A program made the translations under genes and the position numbers. The notes beneath the pieces were generated by a model, which worked only from the letters and a program-made list of their open reading frames with translations, did no database searches and had not been told where the DNA came from. A stretch of 64,000 bases of DNA from Octopus vulgaris (taxonomy: Eukaryota). Positions 1 to 11,318 of this stretch are shown piece after piece (position 1 is the stretch's first letter; each line of letters opens with the position of its first letter). Location of the stretch: NCBI GenBank assembly GCA_951406725.2, contig OX597836.1, positions 46,872,001-46,936,000 on the forward strand, in the 5' to 3' direction.

Positions 1-82
1 TAATAAAAACACATGCACTATATATTTGGTGTTATTTTGCTTCAGTGTTATTTATTTTTTACATTAATCTTAATCTTATTTC

Positions 83-126
83 GGCCAGAGTTCTTTCGTC
101 ACACTCCTGTGACCTCATCAGTGGTC
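83..126 (-). ncRNA. Minimal type I hammerhead ribozyme motif (Penelope-type)
   Basis: Minus strand reads GACCA CUGAUGA G GUCACA-GGAG-UGUGAC GAAA GAAC UC^ UGGCC. Core intact, 6-bp stem II, 2-bp stem III, stem I GACCA/UGGCC with one A-C mismatch, one extra nt after CUGANGA. Confidence 0.65.
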
Positions 127-359
127 CTTTGCTTTCTTCTTTCTTATTTGTGTGTCTCTCCTTACTAACCGTCAGCCATTTTGTATTTCTATTGTATGTG
201 TCTTCATTTGCGTATGCGTATAACTCTATGTGTGTCTATGTTTAGTTAGTGTGTGTGTGTGGGGGGGATGCCTGTAATATTTGCATCTTCTGTTTATATA
301 CGTTCGTGTAGTTTGTTTTTGTTTTTGTTTATTTTTATTTTGTTCATGTGTTTACACCT

Positions 360-367
360 ACTTATTA

Positions 368-431
<64 letters not shown>

Positions 432-452
432 GTATGTATGTATGTATGTATG
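360..452. repeat. (TAT)n then (TATG)n microsatellite
   Basis: Direct reading; explains the poly-I/poly-Y ORFs. Confidence 0.95.
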
Positions 453-984
453 TATAATAATAATAAAAATAATAAAAATATATATATGCATTCATTTATA
501 GTTATTGGAGCTGACACTGCACATCCAGTTTTCTTGTTGCTATGGCCACGGAAAAATAGTTTTTTTAATTTATGTTTTGTATATTTATGTCTGAACTTTT
601 CAAATTCCTTTTCTTTAACCCCTAATCCTAATAACAGCTGTCAATCAATCATTATATTTTTGCACACTACTACTACTACCACTAAATGTTTTCAAAGAAT
701 TTATTATCTCCAATGAAAATTTCTTGTCATTTCTTGACCTTTAGAATTATTTTTGTTTAGCAAGATTGTTTTTTTTTTCCTTCTTTTACTTTATATCTTT
801 TACTGTTGTCTTCTTTACTTTGCCATTTTTGCTGTTTACGCACAAGGTATGGATAAGTGCATTTTCAATTTGTACGCAACTTTAGATACGATATGAGATA
901 TCTGAAAAGTTGCATTTCTGTAAGGTCAAACTTCTTTGATAGGAGTGTAGACATAACTCTACACACACACACATAATATATGCA

Positions 985-1197
985 TTGGTTTCAAATTTTG
1001 GCACTAGGTCAGCAATATGGGGAAAGGGCTAAGTCAATTATATTGACCCCAGTTCATAATGGTACTTATTTTATCGACCCCCAAAAGGATGAAAGGCAAA
1101 GTCAACCTCATTGGTATTTGAAATGAGAACGCAATGACAGACAAAATTCCACAAAGCATTTTGCCCAATGTGCCAATGATTCAGCCAACTCATTGAC

Positions 1198-1199
<2 letters not shown>
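985..1199 (-). mobile_element. SINE family B, diverged copy
   Basis: Reverse complement of the ...gactttgcctttcatcctt..ggggtcgataaaataagtacc... core seen in many copies in the window. Confidence 0.75.
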
Positions 1200-1241
<42 letters not shown>

Positions 1242-1245
<4 letters not shown>

Positions 1246-1430
1246 AAAGTTTACGAAAAAAAACAAAAGATGAAGACAGGTGGTGTACTAAACAAACAGA
1301 TGTATTAGTATAACGCTCAGGAATAGAAAAAGTCTTTTACGTTTCGAGCCTACACTCTTCCACAGAAAGGTACACAGAAAAAACAAGGAGAGAAAAAGAT
1401 GGGTGTAGTGGCTAACAATCTATCATAAAT
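1242..1430 (-). mobile_element. Short non-coding HHR-bearing element abutting (TA)n; variant HHR at 1334-1369
   Basis: Minus strand CUUU CUGUGGA A GAGU-GUAG-GCUC GAAA CG UA^ AAAG. Same family as 2454-2590 and related to 8888-9108 (shared acgctcagg...acgtttcgagc...ctcttc..cagaaa). Confidence 0.6.
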
Positions 1431-1556
1431 TCGATTAGAGGTTGTGTTAACCTCATGAAGGGATGCTTTCATCCAAGGAAATGTTGGTTCAATACCTAGT
1501 ATTTTGGGGGGAATAAATTTCCTAAAAAATAATAGGTGTATATATATAAAAACATA

Positions 1557-1994
1557 TAGTTTATATTCATATAAAAGAAGAGAAAGAAAATGGAGATTGG
1601 GAAGTTAATAATTGTTCTTAATTAACAGCAAATTAATCATCTTCACTTACAGCCGTTTCAATTAATACTCAGTGAATTTTAAGTAAATATAAGTTTATAT
1701 GACCCTCTTCAGAGGGAAAAAATATACCCTTTAATATTTTTTTGTGTTTATGGATACACTTTCGCAGACCGCTATGATGAATCCATAAAAACATATAAAA
1801 CATGCAAAGGTATATTTTATCCCTCTGAAGATATTATGGTCAGCTCATTTGAAATTAGTATTTACTTAAAATTTACAGAGTATTAATTGAAACAGCTGTA
1901 AGGGATGATGATAAATTTCCTATTAATAATAATAATTGTTAATTATTAACTTCCCAATCTCCACTTTCTTTTTCTTCTCTTATATATAAATATA
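1557..1994. repeat. ~200-bp-arm imperfect inverted repeat with an outward-facing HHR motif in each arm (1642-1718 minus; 1819-1906 plus)
   Basis: ggagattgggaagttaataatt vs aattattaacttcccaatctcc. Plus arm reads AUCCCU CUGAAGA...GAAA CAGCUG UA^ AGGGAU. Confidence 0.75.
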
Positions 1995-2023
1995 CACATA
2001 AATACACACACACACACACACAT

Positions 2024-2058
<35 letters not shown>

Positions 2059-2063
2059 TATAT

Positions 2064-2431
2064 ACTCTTTTACTTGTTTTGGTCATTTGACTGCGGCCAT
2101 GCTGGAGCACCACCTTTAGTCGAGCAAATCGACCCCGGGACTTATTCTTTGTAAGCCCAGTACTTATTCTATCGGTCTCTTTTGCCAAACCGCTAAGTGA
2201 CGTAAACACATCAGCATCGGTTGTCAAGCAATGCTAGGGGGACAAACACAGACACACAAACACATACACACACATACATACATATATATACATATATACG
2301 ACAGGCTTCTTTCAGTTTCTGTCTACCAAATCCACTCACAAGAGATTGCCCAAGATGCCACGCAGTGGGACTGAACCCGGAATCATGTAGTTGGTTAGCA
2401 AGCTACTTACCACACAGCCACTCCTGCGCCT
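2064..2431 (-). mobile_element. tRNA-derived SINE family A (internal microsatellite, TAAAAGAG tail)
   Basis: RC head ggcgcaggagtggctgtgtggtaag (A box) ...ggttcagtccc (B box); tail ggtgctccagcatggccgcagtcaaatgac. Confidence 0.9.
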
Positions 2432-2453
2432 ATGTATATATATATATATATAT

Positions 2454-2590
2454 AAAGACTTGTTTCATTTATATTTTCTGAGCGCCATACTAATACAATT
2501 GTTTGTTTGTATTCCACCTGCCTTCGTCTTTTGTTTATTTCCGTAAACCTGCCTTCGTCTTTTGTCTATTTTCATAAAGCTTCCTGTTAT
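2454..2590 (+). mobile_element. 5'-truncated sibling of the 1242-1430 element between two (TA)n tracts
   Basis: aaagact...ctgagcg..atactaataca..tgtttgttt...ccacctg.cttc.tcttttgttt matches the RC of 1242-1337. Confidence 0.75.
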
Positions 2591-3119
2591 ATATATATAT
2601 ATACATATATATAATACTGAAACATATATGTCAGTTCTTTTCTTTTCTTTAGCTTTAGAACTTATAATCAATTTATGTATTTATTTCTTTATTGCCCACA
2701 GGGGGCTAAACACAGAGGAGACAAACAAGGACCGACAAACAATTTGTGTTTCGTTACGGACTCAACCTCACATTTCACAAGTCTACACAATATTCTGGAA
2801 TTGTCCAAACAGGGCAAAATGCTACACCCTCAATATTTTCTTGACCTTGCTTCTTTAGAGCTCTTTGTGAAAACATTTAGGCAGGAAAAGTATAACCAGC
2901 AACGAAGACATAGAAAATGAATTACATATATATTTTAATTCAAAACCACAGGAATTATTTGAATGAGGCATTGAAAAATTTACAAGCAGAACGGAGAAAA
3001 ATTCTACAAAATCAAAGAATTTATAAACATGAGCAAATATATTGTATTAACAATTATCTTTGTACTTTTAGATGAATACTGAAGATTGAACAGAATTTTC
3101 TGGACAATATCATATATTA

Positions 3120-3835
3120 TGTATACATACATATTCACACACCCACACTCAAACACATATTCACACACACATTCACACAGATACAAGCTCATACATACAC
3201 TCACACTCAAACACACACACACACACACACATACTCACATACACTCGTAATTACACACTCGTGCACAGATTTACACAGACACATGCTCTCACATACACAC
3301 ATATATAGACACATACACACACACACACACTCTCACACAAAGACACTCACTCATACACACACCAATACATTTACACACTCACACATTCACACTCATGAAT
3401 ACACACATTTACATACACACTCACACATATGCACACACTCTCAAACACAATCATACACATGCACACACACACACACACGAACTCCCACATAAACACACTC
3501 ACACTTATGCACACACTCTCAAACACAATCATACACATGCACACACACACACACACGCACTCCCACATAAACACACTCACATTCGCTCACACATGCATAC
3601 AAATGAACACACGTGTGCACACACACACACACATACACACTCACAAATACACACATTTACATACACACTCACACATATGCACACACTCTCATGCACAATC
3701 ATACACATGCACACACTCACACACACATGCACTCCCACATAAACACACTCACATTCGCTCACACCTGCGCACACACACACGCACACACACACACATACAT
3801 ACACACACATACGTACATACACATACACACACAAG
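3120..3835. repeat. CA-rich compound repeat with ~80-bp higher-order units; related block at ~4420-4760
   Basis: tatgcacacactctcaaacacaatcatacacatgc recurs near 3430, 3508, 3678 and in similar form near 4710. Confidence 0.85.
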
Positions 3836-4964
3836 CTACAATTAATTGAAATCGCAAGTTATAAATGTGCATTGAAATGAAATCTGAAAGAACACAAAAC
3901 AATAGCAATAACAACAACAACAGCAACAACAACAAGAAACACAATAACTAAAACAACAAGAGCAACAGCAACAGCAGCAACAACCACAATAAACATATGA
4001 AGCAGAATCCTAAACACAAAGGTATGAAATGTTCAATAGAATTTTCTGCTGTGTTTTGTTGCTTTGCTATGTTTCACAAGCGAAAGCCGACTGGTGAAGA
4101 ATCAAATAATGTCCAATAAGAGGATGTAGATATTTTAATATAGATTTGATGGAGATGTTTTAATATATGGTTTATGTAAAAATAAATCTGACAGGATGTG
4201 AGTAAATGGCTATTTTGTACAACACAAATCCTCTTGTGATTGGTTAAGCATATGAATTTATATGCGCTGATGCTGAAATTACGCATTCACATTAAAATGA
4301 ATTATAAAATAAACCTCTATATGCTCCCATGATCACATACATAGATATATACATATATATGTATGCGTGTATATATATATATATACATATGTAAGTGTGT
4401 TACAGATGTGCCCTCACACAGTCTCACAAAATCTCACACGGGCTCACATGCGCATGCATATGAATACAGACACATGCTCTCACGCACACACATACACACA
4501 CACACACATACCCCCACAGACACTCTCACACAAAGACACACACTCATGCAGACACCTATACATGTACACACTCACACATACACACTCACAAATACACACA
4601 TTTACATACACACTCACACATATGCACACACTCATACACACACCAATACATATACACACTCACGCATACACACTCACAAGTACACACATTTACACACACA
4701 CTCACACATATGCACACACTCTCAAACACAATTGTATACATGCACACACTCACACACACGCTGGGGGGGGGGGAGTTGTCGGAGTTGTTAGAGCGTCGGA
4801 GAAAACTCATTTGCAATAATGGTTGTAACACTGAATGGTTCTGAGTTCAGTGTGACACAGCGGTGGTGAGGAGGGGGGAACGGTCAACCATGGTGTGCCA
4901 CATGAGAGAACTCTTGGTCAAACAACTGGAGATTTCGAAGTTCATATACACACAGACACAGATA

Positions 4965-5009
4965 GATATATGTATGTATGTATGTATGTAGTGTGTATGT
5001 ATGCATGTA

Positions 5010-5040
<31 letters not shown>

Positions 5041-5695
5041 ATGAGTGTATGTATGTATGCATGTACGTGTGTGTGTGTATGTATGTATGTATGTATGTAT
5101 GTATGTATGTATGTATGTACGTGTGTGTGTGTGTATGTATGTATGTATATGTATATATGCATGTGTGTGTATGTGTGTGTATGTATGTATGTATGTATGT
5201 GTGTGTATATGTATGTATGTATGTGTATGTGTATGTAAGTATGTATGTGTGTATGTATGTATGCATGTATGTGTGTGTATGTATGTATGTATGTATGTAT
5301 GTGTGTATGTATGCATGTATGTATGCGTGTGTGTATGTATGTATGAATATGCTGTATGTGTATGTATGTGTATGTAAGTATATGCATGTATGTTTGTATT
5401 TGTATGTATGTGTATGTATGCATGTATTTATGTATATGTATGTATGTTTATGTATGTGTATTTCTGTATGGATATATATATGTGTGTGTATTCATGTATG
5501 TATGCATATGTATTTATGCATATGTATGTACATGTATGTACGTGTATGTATGTATGTATGTATGTATATGCTTGTATTTGTATGCATGTAAATGTATGTG
5601 CGTATATGTATGTGCATGTATATATATATATATATATGTGTATGTGTATATATGTATATGTATGTATGTACATACATATACATGTGTATGTGTAT
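4965..5695. repeat. (TATG/TG)n microsatellite
   Basis: Direct reading. Confidence 0.95.
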
Positions 5696-5946
5696 TGTCC
5701 TCCAGGATAATTCCATCTAAATGTTCTGCCAGGTGACTCTGCAGTCAAGCATAACCAGTCATTAGCGAGGACAAATTAAACACAAAACACAAAAACCAAG
5801 AGAAGACAACTGCATGAAACACTGCACACGTTTCTGTCATAGGAGTGCATTGACAAAACAAAGGAAAACAATACAAGCTCCGGTTAATTGCTATGAAAGC
5901 AGACCAAACCATTGAGACGATGGCATCAACAAAACGAATGCAATCA

Positions 5947-6360
5947 TAGGCACAGGAGTGGCTGTGTGGTAAGTAGCTTGTTTACCAACCACGTGGTTCC
6001 GGGTTCAGTCCCATTGCGTGGCACCTTGGGCAAGTGTCTTCTGCTATAGCCTCGGGCCGACCAATGCCTCGTGAGTGGATTTGGTAGACGGAAACTGAAA
6101 GAAGCCCGTCGTATATATGTATATATATATGTGTGTGTATGTGTATGTCTGTGTGTCTGTGTTTGTCCTCCTAGCATTGCTTGACAACCGATGCTGGTGT
6201 GTTTACGTCCCCGTCACTTAGCGGTTCGGCAAAAAGAGACCGATAGAATAAGTACTGGGCTTACAAAGAATAAGTCCCGGGGTCGATTTGCTCGACTAAA
6301 GACGGTGCTCCAGCATGGCCGCAGTCAAATGACTGAAACAAGTAAAAGAGTAAAAGAGTA
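5947..6360 (+). mobile_element. SINE family A, full length
   Basis: A/B-box head, ccttgggcaagt core, internal (TA)(TG) repeat, gtaaaagagtaaaagagt tail. A partial minus copy follows at ~6470-6720. Confidence 0.92.
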
Positions 6361-6755
6361 GACAAAAGAGTATTTAAAGAGTATTTAACTCGTCTGAGTT
6401 CGTCAGCAGAAAGATTGCAGAATAGAAAACTCGAGGAACATAAACATCGGGGATTTAAATAGATTATCTTTTATCTTTAACTTGTTTTAATCATTAGACT
6501 GCGGCCATGCTGGGTCACTGCTTTGAACGGTTTTAATCAAATTGACCTTAAGCGTTTAACTTATTTCTATCAGTCTTTTTTGACAAACTGTTAAGTTACA
6601 AGGACATAAACACACAAACACTGGTTGTCAAGCAGTGGTGAGGGACAAAGACATGCAAAGACAAGCACACATAGATATATACATATATATGTATGTGTGT
6701 ATATATATGTGTGTGTGTGTGTGTTTCTATATATATGACGTATATACATACATGC

Positions 6756-6792
<37 letters not shown>

Positions 6793-6796
<4 letters not shown>

Positions 6797-7088
6797 CGTG
6801 ATCACCGTGACCGACCAAGCTATCAGATGTTGCTACACATCGCTGGTCACAATGCGCTTCGCATTGTTTTAGCCTTCAAATGACGCCACTCTGCTGGCTA
6901 AGCAAGCAGGCCAACAGAAGAAAGAGTGACAGAAAGTTGCGGTGAAAGAGTACAGCAGGGATCCCCCCTCCTCCACTGCCGGAGCCTCGTGGAGCTTTAG
7001 GTGTTTTCGCTGAATAAACATTCACAACGCCCGGTCTGGGAATCGAAACCGCGAGTCCGCTGCCCTAACCACTGGGCTATTGCGCCTC

Positions 7089-7089
<1 letters not shown>
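6793..7089 (-). mobile_element. tRNA-derived SINE family C (head ggaggcgcaat.gcccagtggttagggcagcggactc)
   Basis: Head and body shared with 40017-40318, 43891-44186 and 63042-63410. Confidence 0.85.
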
Positions 7090-7125
<36 letters not shown>

Positions 7126-7189
7126 CTATATATAAAGATAAAACTTATTTGGAAATGGATGCATGGCATTCAATCAAATGATAATATAA

Positions 7190-7229
<40 letters not shown>

Positions 7230-7469
7230 TATATACACACTCATATGTACATACATATGTGTGTATATAAGTATGTATATATGGATACAGAACATCACAA
7301 AACGTAAACAACATGAAATACGAAAATAAAGTTGGGTACGCAAAGAACGAGAGAAACAAACAGAAAAGAAGACAAGTAACATAAAAACTACCCTTCGTCA
7401 GTCGTCGGCTGTCCTTCTATTCCTTATTTCGAGCAATGAATGACAAGATAAGACTTTGAAGGCTGTTGC

Positions 7470-7780
7470 TTCCGCCAAAGTCTGGATGCCCGTGCTCGGA
7501 TCTTCCATCACCTTGTCCGGCAGTTGTTGAATGAATTTTGGCGTATGGACGCGGTCAGAACGCCTGCTGTGTCGCTTCCTGCTGGCCACAACTTCGTAGT
7601 CTCCGCTGTTCATGTCACATCTTATAGGTCCTACAATGTTCACAGAGCATAGAGCTACAGTCATAATGTCGAAATTTTAGTATCCGGCGCGAATCATATT
7701 GACACAGGCAATTCTTCACCAGTATCCACATGGCTTCCAGTCTACCATGTCAGTAAACGTTTTCTCAACTACAACTTTGA
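7470..7780 (-). pseudogene. Tc1/mariner-superfamily (maT-like) transposase N-terminal fragment
   Basis: Translation SRKRHSRRSDRVHTPKFIQQLPDKVMEDPSTGIQTLA resembles the HTH linker region of such transposases (recalled pattern). Confidence 0.45.
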
Positions 7781-8059
7781 TATTTATGCTTTCCAATGCT
7801 ATTGACTGTCCACCAATACATCAAGCTGTTCTTGAAGAGAAGAGGCATATAAAATTGCCAAATCTATCTCAAACACTCTCTATGTGTGTGTATGTGTAAG
7901 CGTCTACACACCTACGCTTTATTCATATGAAGCTGATTATTCTCTTTATCACAGTTCACAGATTCCTGATGTGCGTGCTTGATCAAGCTGAATCGGATAA
8001 ATGAAGAATTAGATAATTTTATGAATTTTAACTTTTTAATTGACTTTAAAACTCACCCA

Positions 8060-8375
8060 AGGCTCAATATCCGCACCAACCACCCTTCCCCAAAAATCAT
8101 GCACGCGTCACATAACAAGACTAAGACAGAACTATTTCATCTCAACTGGCCCTGGTTTATTTAACATCTGATCAAAACACATAAAGGAAGAAAAAGATCT
8201 GACAACATTCAAACGGTTCTTGGATGAATATCTCCCACAAATTCCAGATGAAGCATCTACTTTACTTGAATGGGCTATGGTGCCCAAAGAATGTCTGTAA
8301 TGTGAAACATCATTAGTTGTTTTTTCCAGGTAGTGCCATTATAGTCATGGCCTGGGCCAATTCTGGCCGAAACTT
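8060..8375 (+). mobile_element. Decayed 3' end of CR1/L2-group LINE
   Basis: Encodes GPGLFNI*SKHIKEEKDLTTFKRFLDEYLPQIPDE, homologous to GPQLFNILPK...FKSKLDIFLSRVPDEP at 46773-47099. Confidence 0.6.
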
Positions 8376-8831
8376 ATCGAAGGCAACTGGTAGTTCTCAA
8401 CTTGGAGCTGCCTACAAACTGACATTTGTAACCAACAATGGAATAATTTACTTTTTTTCTTCTGGTGAGCTTGTGTTATAAGGTGATCACGCAGTTGTTT
8501 AAGGAATGATTACCGATAGTTTAATAGTACGCGATTATGTCAAAGAATTGTTACCGAATCTCCACTTTTATTCTATTTATGGATATACATCCTACAGTTC
8601 ATTCGAATTTATATAATATCTAGTGAAAATCTGACGAAAGATTAATACCTGATTGGAAGATGGACATACATGGATTTATATGAAGTCCTAAGCAAAGGAT
8701 TGCATTCGAAATTGCAACTTTTCAATACATACATACGCACGCACACACACACACTCACACAAACTCACACATACATACATGCATACTATATATAAAAAGA
8801 CATATATACATACACATATACATGAATAATG

Positions 8832-8887
<56 letters not shown>

Positions 8888-8891
<4 letters not shown>

Positions 8892-9108
8892 GATAGATAA
8901 TCCAACCATGAAAACACAGAGAAAACACAACAACGTGAGGACGTGGAACAAGTATAGCGTTATTGGACGCTCAGGAAAGGAAGGAAAGAAAAAGGATTTA
9001 ACGTTTCGAGCGGAGCTCTTCGTCAGAAACATAGGAAAAGGAAAGATCCAAAGAAGGGAAGACGGAGGAAAAAAATTGCCAACGGTACACATGCGGTCAC
9101 ATTTTGAA
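8888..9108 (-). mobile_element. Short HHR-bearing element between (TA)n tracts; minimal HHR at 8996-9030
   Basis: Minus strand GUUU CUGACGA A GAGC-UCC-GCUC GAAA CG UU^ AAAU, with palindromic stem III AACGUU. Confidence 0.7.
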
Positions 9109-9396
9109 CATATATATATATATATATATTTAGCAATTAAGGACAACTACTTAATAAGGAAAACTTAACAAGAAATTGTCAGGTAGATAGCGTGAAAACC
9201 TCATAAGAGAATAAATTTCGAAAATAATTATTTCTTATTGAACATATTAATTTATATATAGAGGGCATTATACATACATGCCAGAGGGCATTATACATAC
9301 ATGCCACACGCTAAGAGGGACAATTAGTCATTTCTACCAAAAATATTACTAATCCCACCGAATGCAATTTTTCAAAGTAAGACATTTAAAAAATAT

Positions 9397-9444
9397 AGAC
9401 CTGTATCACAGTGATTTCATACTTACGTATTCATCAGCAGGCCT
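9397..9444 (-). ncRNA. Canonical type I hammerhead ribozyme in a ~360-bp element (9130-9493) flanked by (TA)n
   Basis: AGGCCUG CUGAUGA AUAC-GUAA-GUAU GAAA UCAC-U-GUGA UA^ CAGGUCU. All core residues present, 7-bp stem I, GNRA-capped stem II, near-palindromic stem III. Confidence 0.85.
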
Positions 9445-9490
9445 GAATGTATCATAAATAAACGACCCTGCCCCGCTTAAGCCGATCAGC

Positions 9491-9548
<58 letters not shown>

Positions 9549-9549
9549 C

Positions 9550-9594
<45 letters not shown>

Positions 9595-9959
9595 TGTGTG
9601 TGTCTGTGTGTAAGCGTAAATGTATATTGGAAACAAAATGAAAGGGCCTTGAAAACTTTGTCTTGAATAAAAGAAGGTATTTACATTTTTATCAAAAAAA
9701 TATTCTGCGTGTTTCAGTTGCTTTAAAAAAATTATTTATTCCTGCTGGAATAAAAAGAGATACAAATTGTTCTGGAAGTTTATGCTTTCGTCACAAAAAT
9801 CACAGAGTCGTTGGTAATTCGTTTCCTTCTGAGTTTTGTAGGGTCGTGATGGTAGTAACAGTAGCAGAAATTTCTATCAGTAGAGGCAGGAACAGATATG
9901 GCTCTCGGTAGTAGCAGCTGCAGGAACGTCAGTGGTGTAACAGTTGTTTTGTCCTCCTA

Positions 9960-9992
<33 letters not shown>

Positions 9993-10754
9993 GCTACTGC
10001 TACTACTAGCAGTAGTAGCAGGTTTGGCGATAGTTGCCTCTCCTCTGCTACAAGTATTTTAATGTGGTTGGTATTTGGTTGTTTCTTTGTTGACGCGTTC
10101 TGGCTAACTTGTGTAATCGCTACATTAATATAAATGAAAATTTAAAAAATTTGATTGTTTCTAACTTGCACTTGTGTCTATATCTTCACTGAGTTCTATT
10201 TGTCTCTATTACCGTATTTTAATTTGCGATCCATGTAGAGTGATGCGTTATCTTAAGGAACTTAAGTTTGTCCAATGTAGTTTTCTTCACATCATAAGAA
10301 TATGGTTGCATAGATTGCGTTTTCAGACGCACAGATGAAGTTATTTATTATTGCGAAGTTGTCCTTACTTGAAACGGATTTATGATACGAAAGAACGTCA
10401 GATTAAAACATAAACCACTGTGGAGTCTTATATTTTTATTGTTGGACCTGTTGGTATTGTGTGAAGTTTGGCCTTTGTTGGTATTTTTTCATTCATTTGG
10501 GTTGTCTTTTGTATTTATGAAGGCAAGTTTTTGGAGGATTTGATTACGTCCGGTGTCCTTTTTCAGTGTTCTGGTGTATGATGTTGTAGGCGTCATTGTT
10601 TTAGGATTGTGGGCGATGAGAGGTATGACCTTCGATTTTGTTTTATTTGCCTTAGTTCTCGGATACTGAATTTCTTGGTTCATTGTATTCCATTTTGGAT
10701 CAAATACGGCGGGTAATTCCTGTCAAAGAGTGTATCATTAAGTTCTTGGAGTCT

Positions 10755-10925
10755 GCGCGGCAACTTGGACAAATATCTTTTACTATAGTTCCAGGACGAC
10801 CAAAGCCTTGTGAGTGGAATTGGGAGACGGAAACTGTAAGAAGCCTGTCTTGTGTGTGTGTGTACATGTATGTGCCTATGCATGAGTGCTTGTGTTTGTC
10901 CTCCACCACTGCTTGCATCAAATGC
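10755..10925 (+). mobile_element. SINE family A internal fragment
   Basis: gaccaaagccttgtgagtggaattgggagacggaaactg; nearly identical to 13091-13290. Confidence 0.75.
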
Positions 10926-11100
10926 TAATACGCGGTTCTTTTTGGCTAGATGATAAAATACATTTATTCTGGAATGTCCCGGATAATGTTTGGAGTCCGT
11001 AGGTTTACAGTGAATATCCGTCTCTCTTTGGTTGTTGGTATTCTTTATCAGGATGTCTAAAATGAGAGTTGGTTACGCCCATATTTCATAGTGAATTGTA

Positions 11101-11318
11101 CGAGGGCTGCTGAGAAGTTCCGGGTTTTTCGGTAAAAGAAAATACAGGAGGATCATTTTAATTAGGATTTTATTCAACACATTACCTTCTCAGATTCACA
11201 CAGTTATTGCAGTGATCCTTCGCGTTTTCTAATCCCCGAAAAAGAACTCGGAAGGTTGAACCTCCAATCAGGCCTTTAAAGATACCCTTAAAGCCAGAAA
11301 CATTTTAGCATCCGCTCG
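11101..11318. mobile_element. Mariner-type MITE
   Basis: TA-cgagggctgctgagaagttcc ... aaacattttagcatccgctcg imperfect TIRs, non-coding interior. Confidence 0.6.

Noticed and set aside
1445-1492. CUCAUGA GGAUG..CAUCC..GAAAUGUU HHR-like relic
   Set aside because: Core G5 is mutated and stems I/II are out of register; not counted.
3004-5748. Many HT/CV/MY-rich ORFs
   Set aside because: Translations of CA/TG/TATG microsatellites on both strands.
5947-6020. tRNA genes at SINE heads
   Set aside because: A/B boxes are present but there is no full cloverleaf, and each continues into a repeated SINE body.
6370-6410. Minus-strand CUGACGA ACUC-AGAC-GAGU hairpin
   Set aside because: Followed by UAAA rather than GAAA, and no stem I.
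7388-7435. GCUCGAAA...CUGACGAAGGG on minus strand (permuted, type II-like HHR)
   Set aside because: The intervening sequence cannot form stems I and III.
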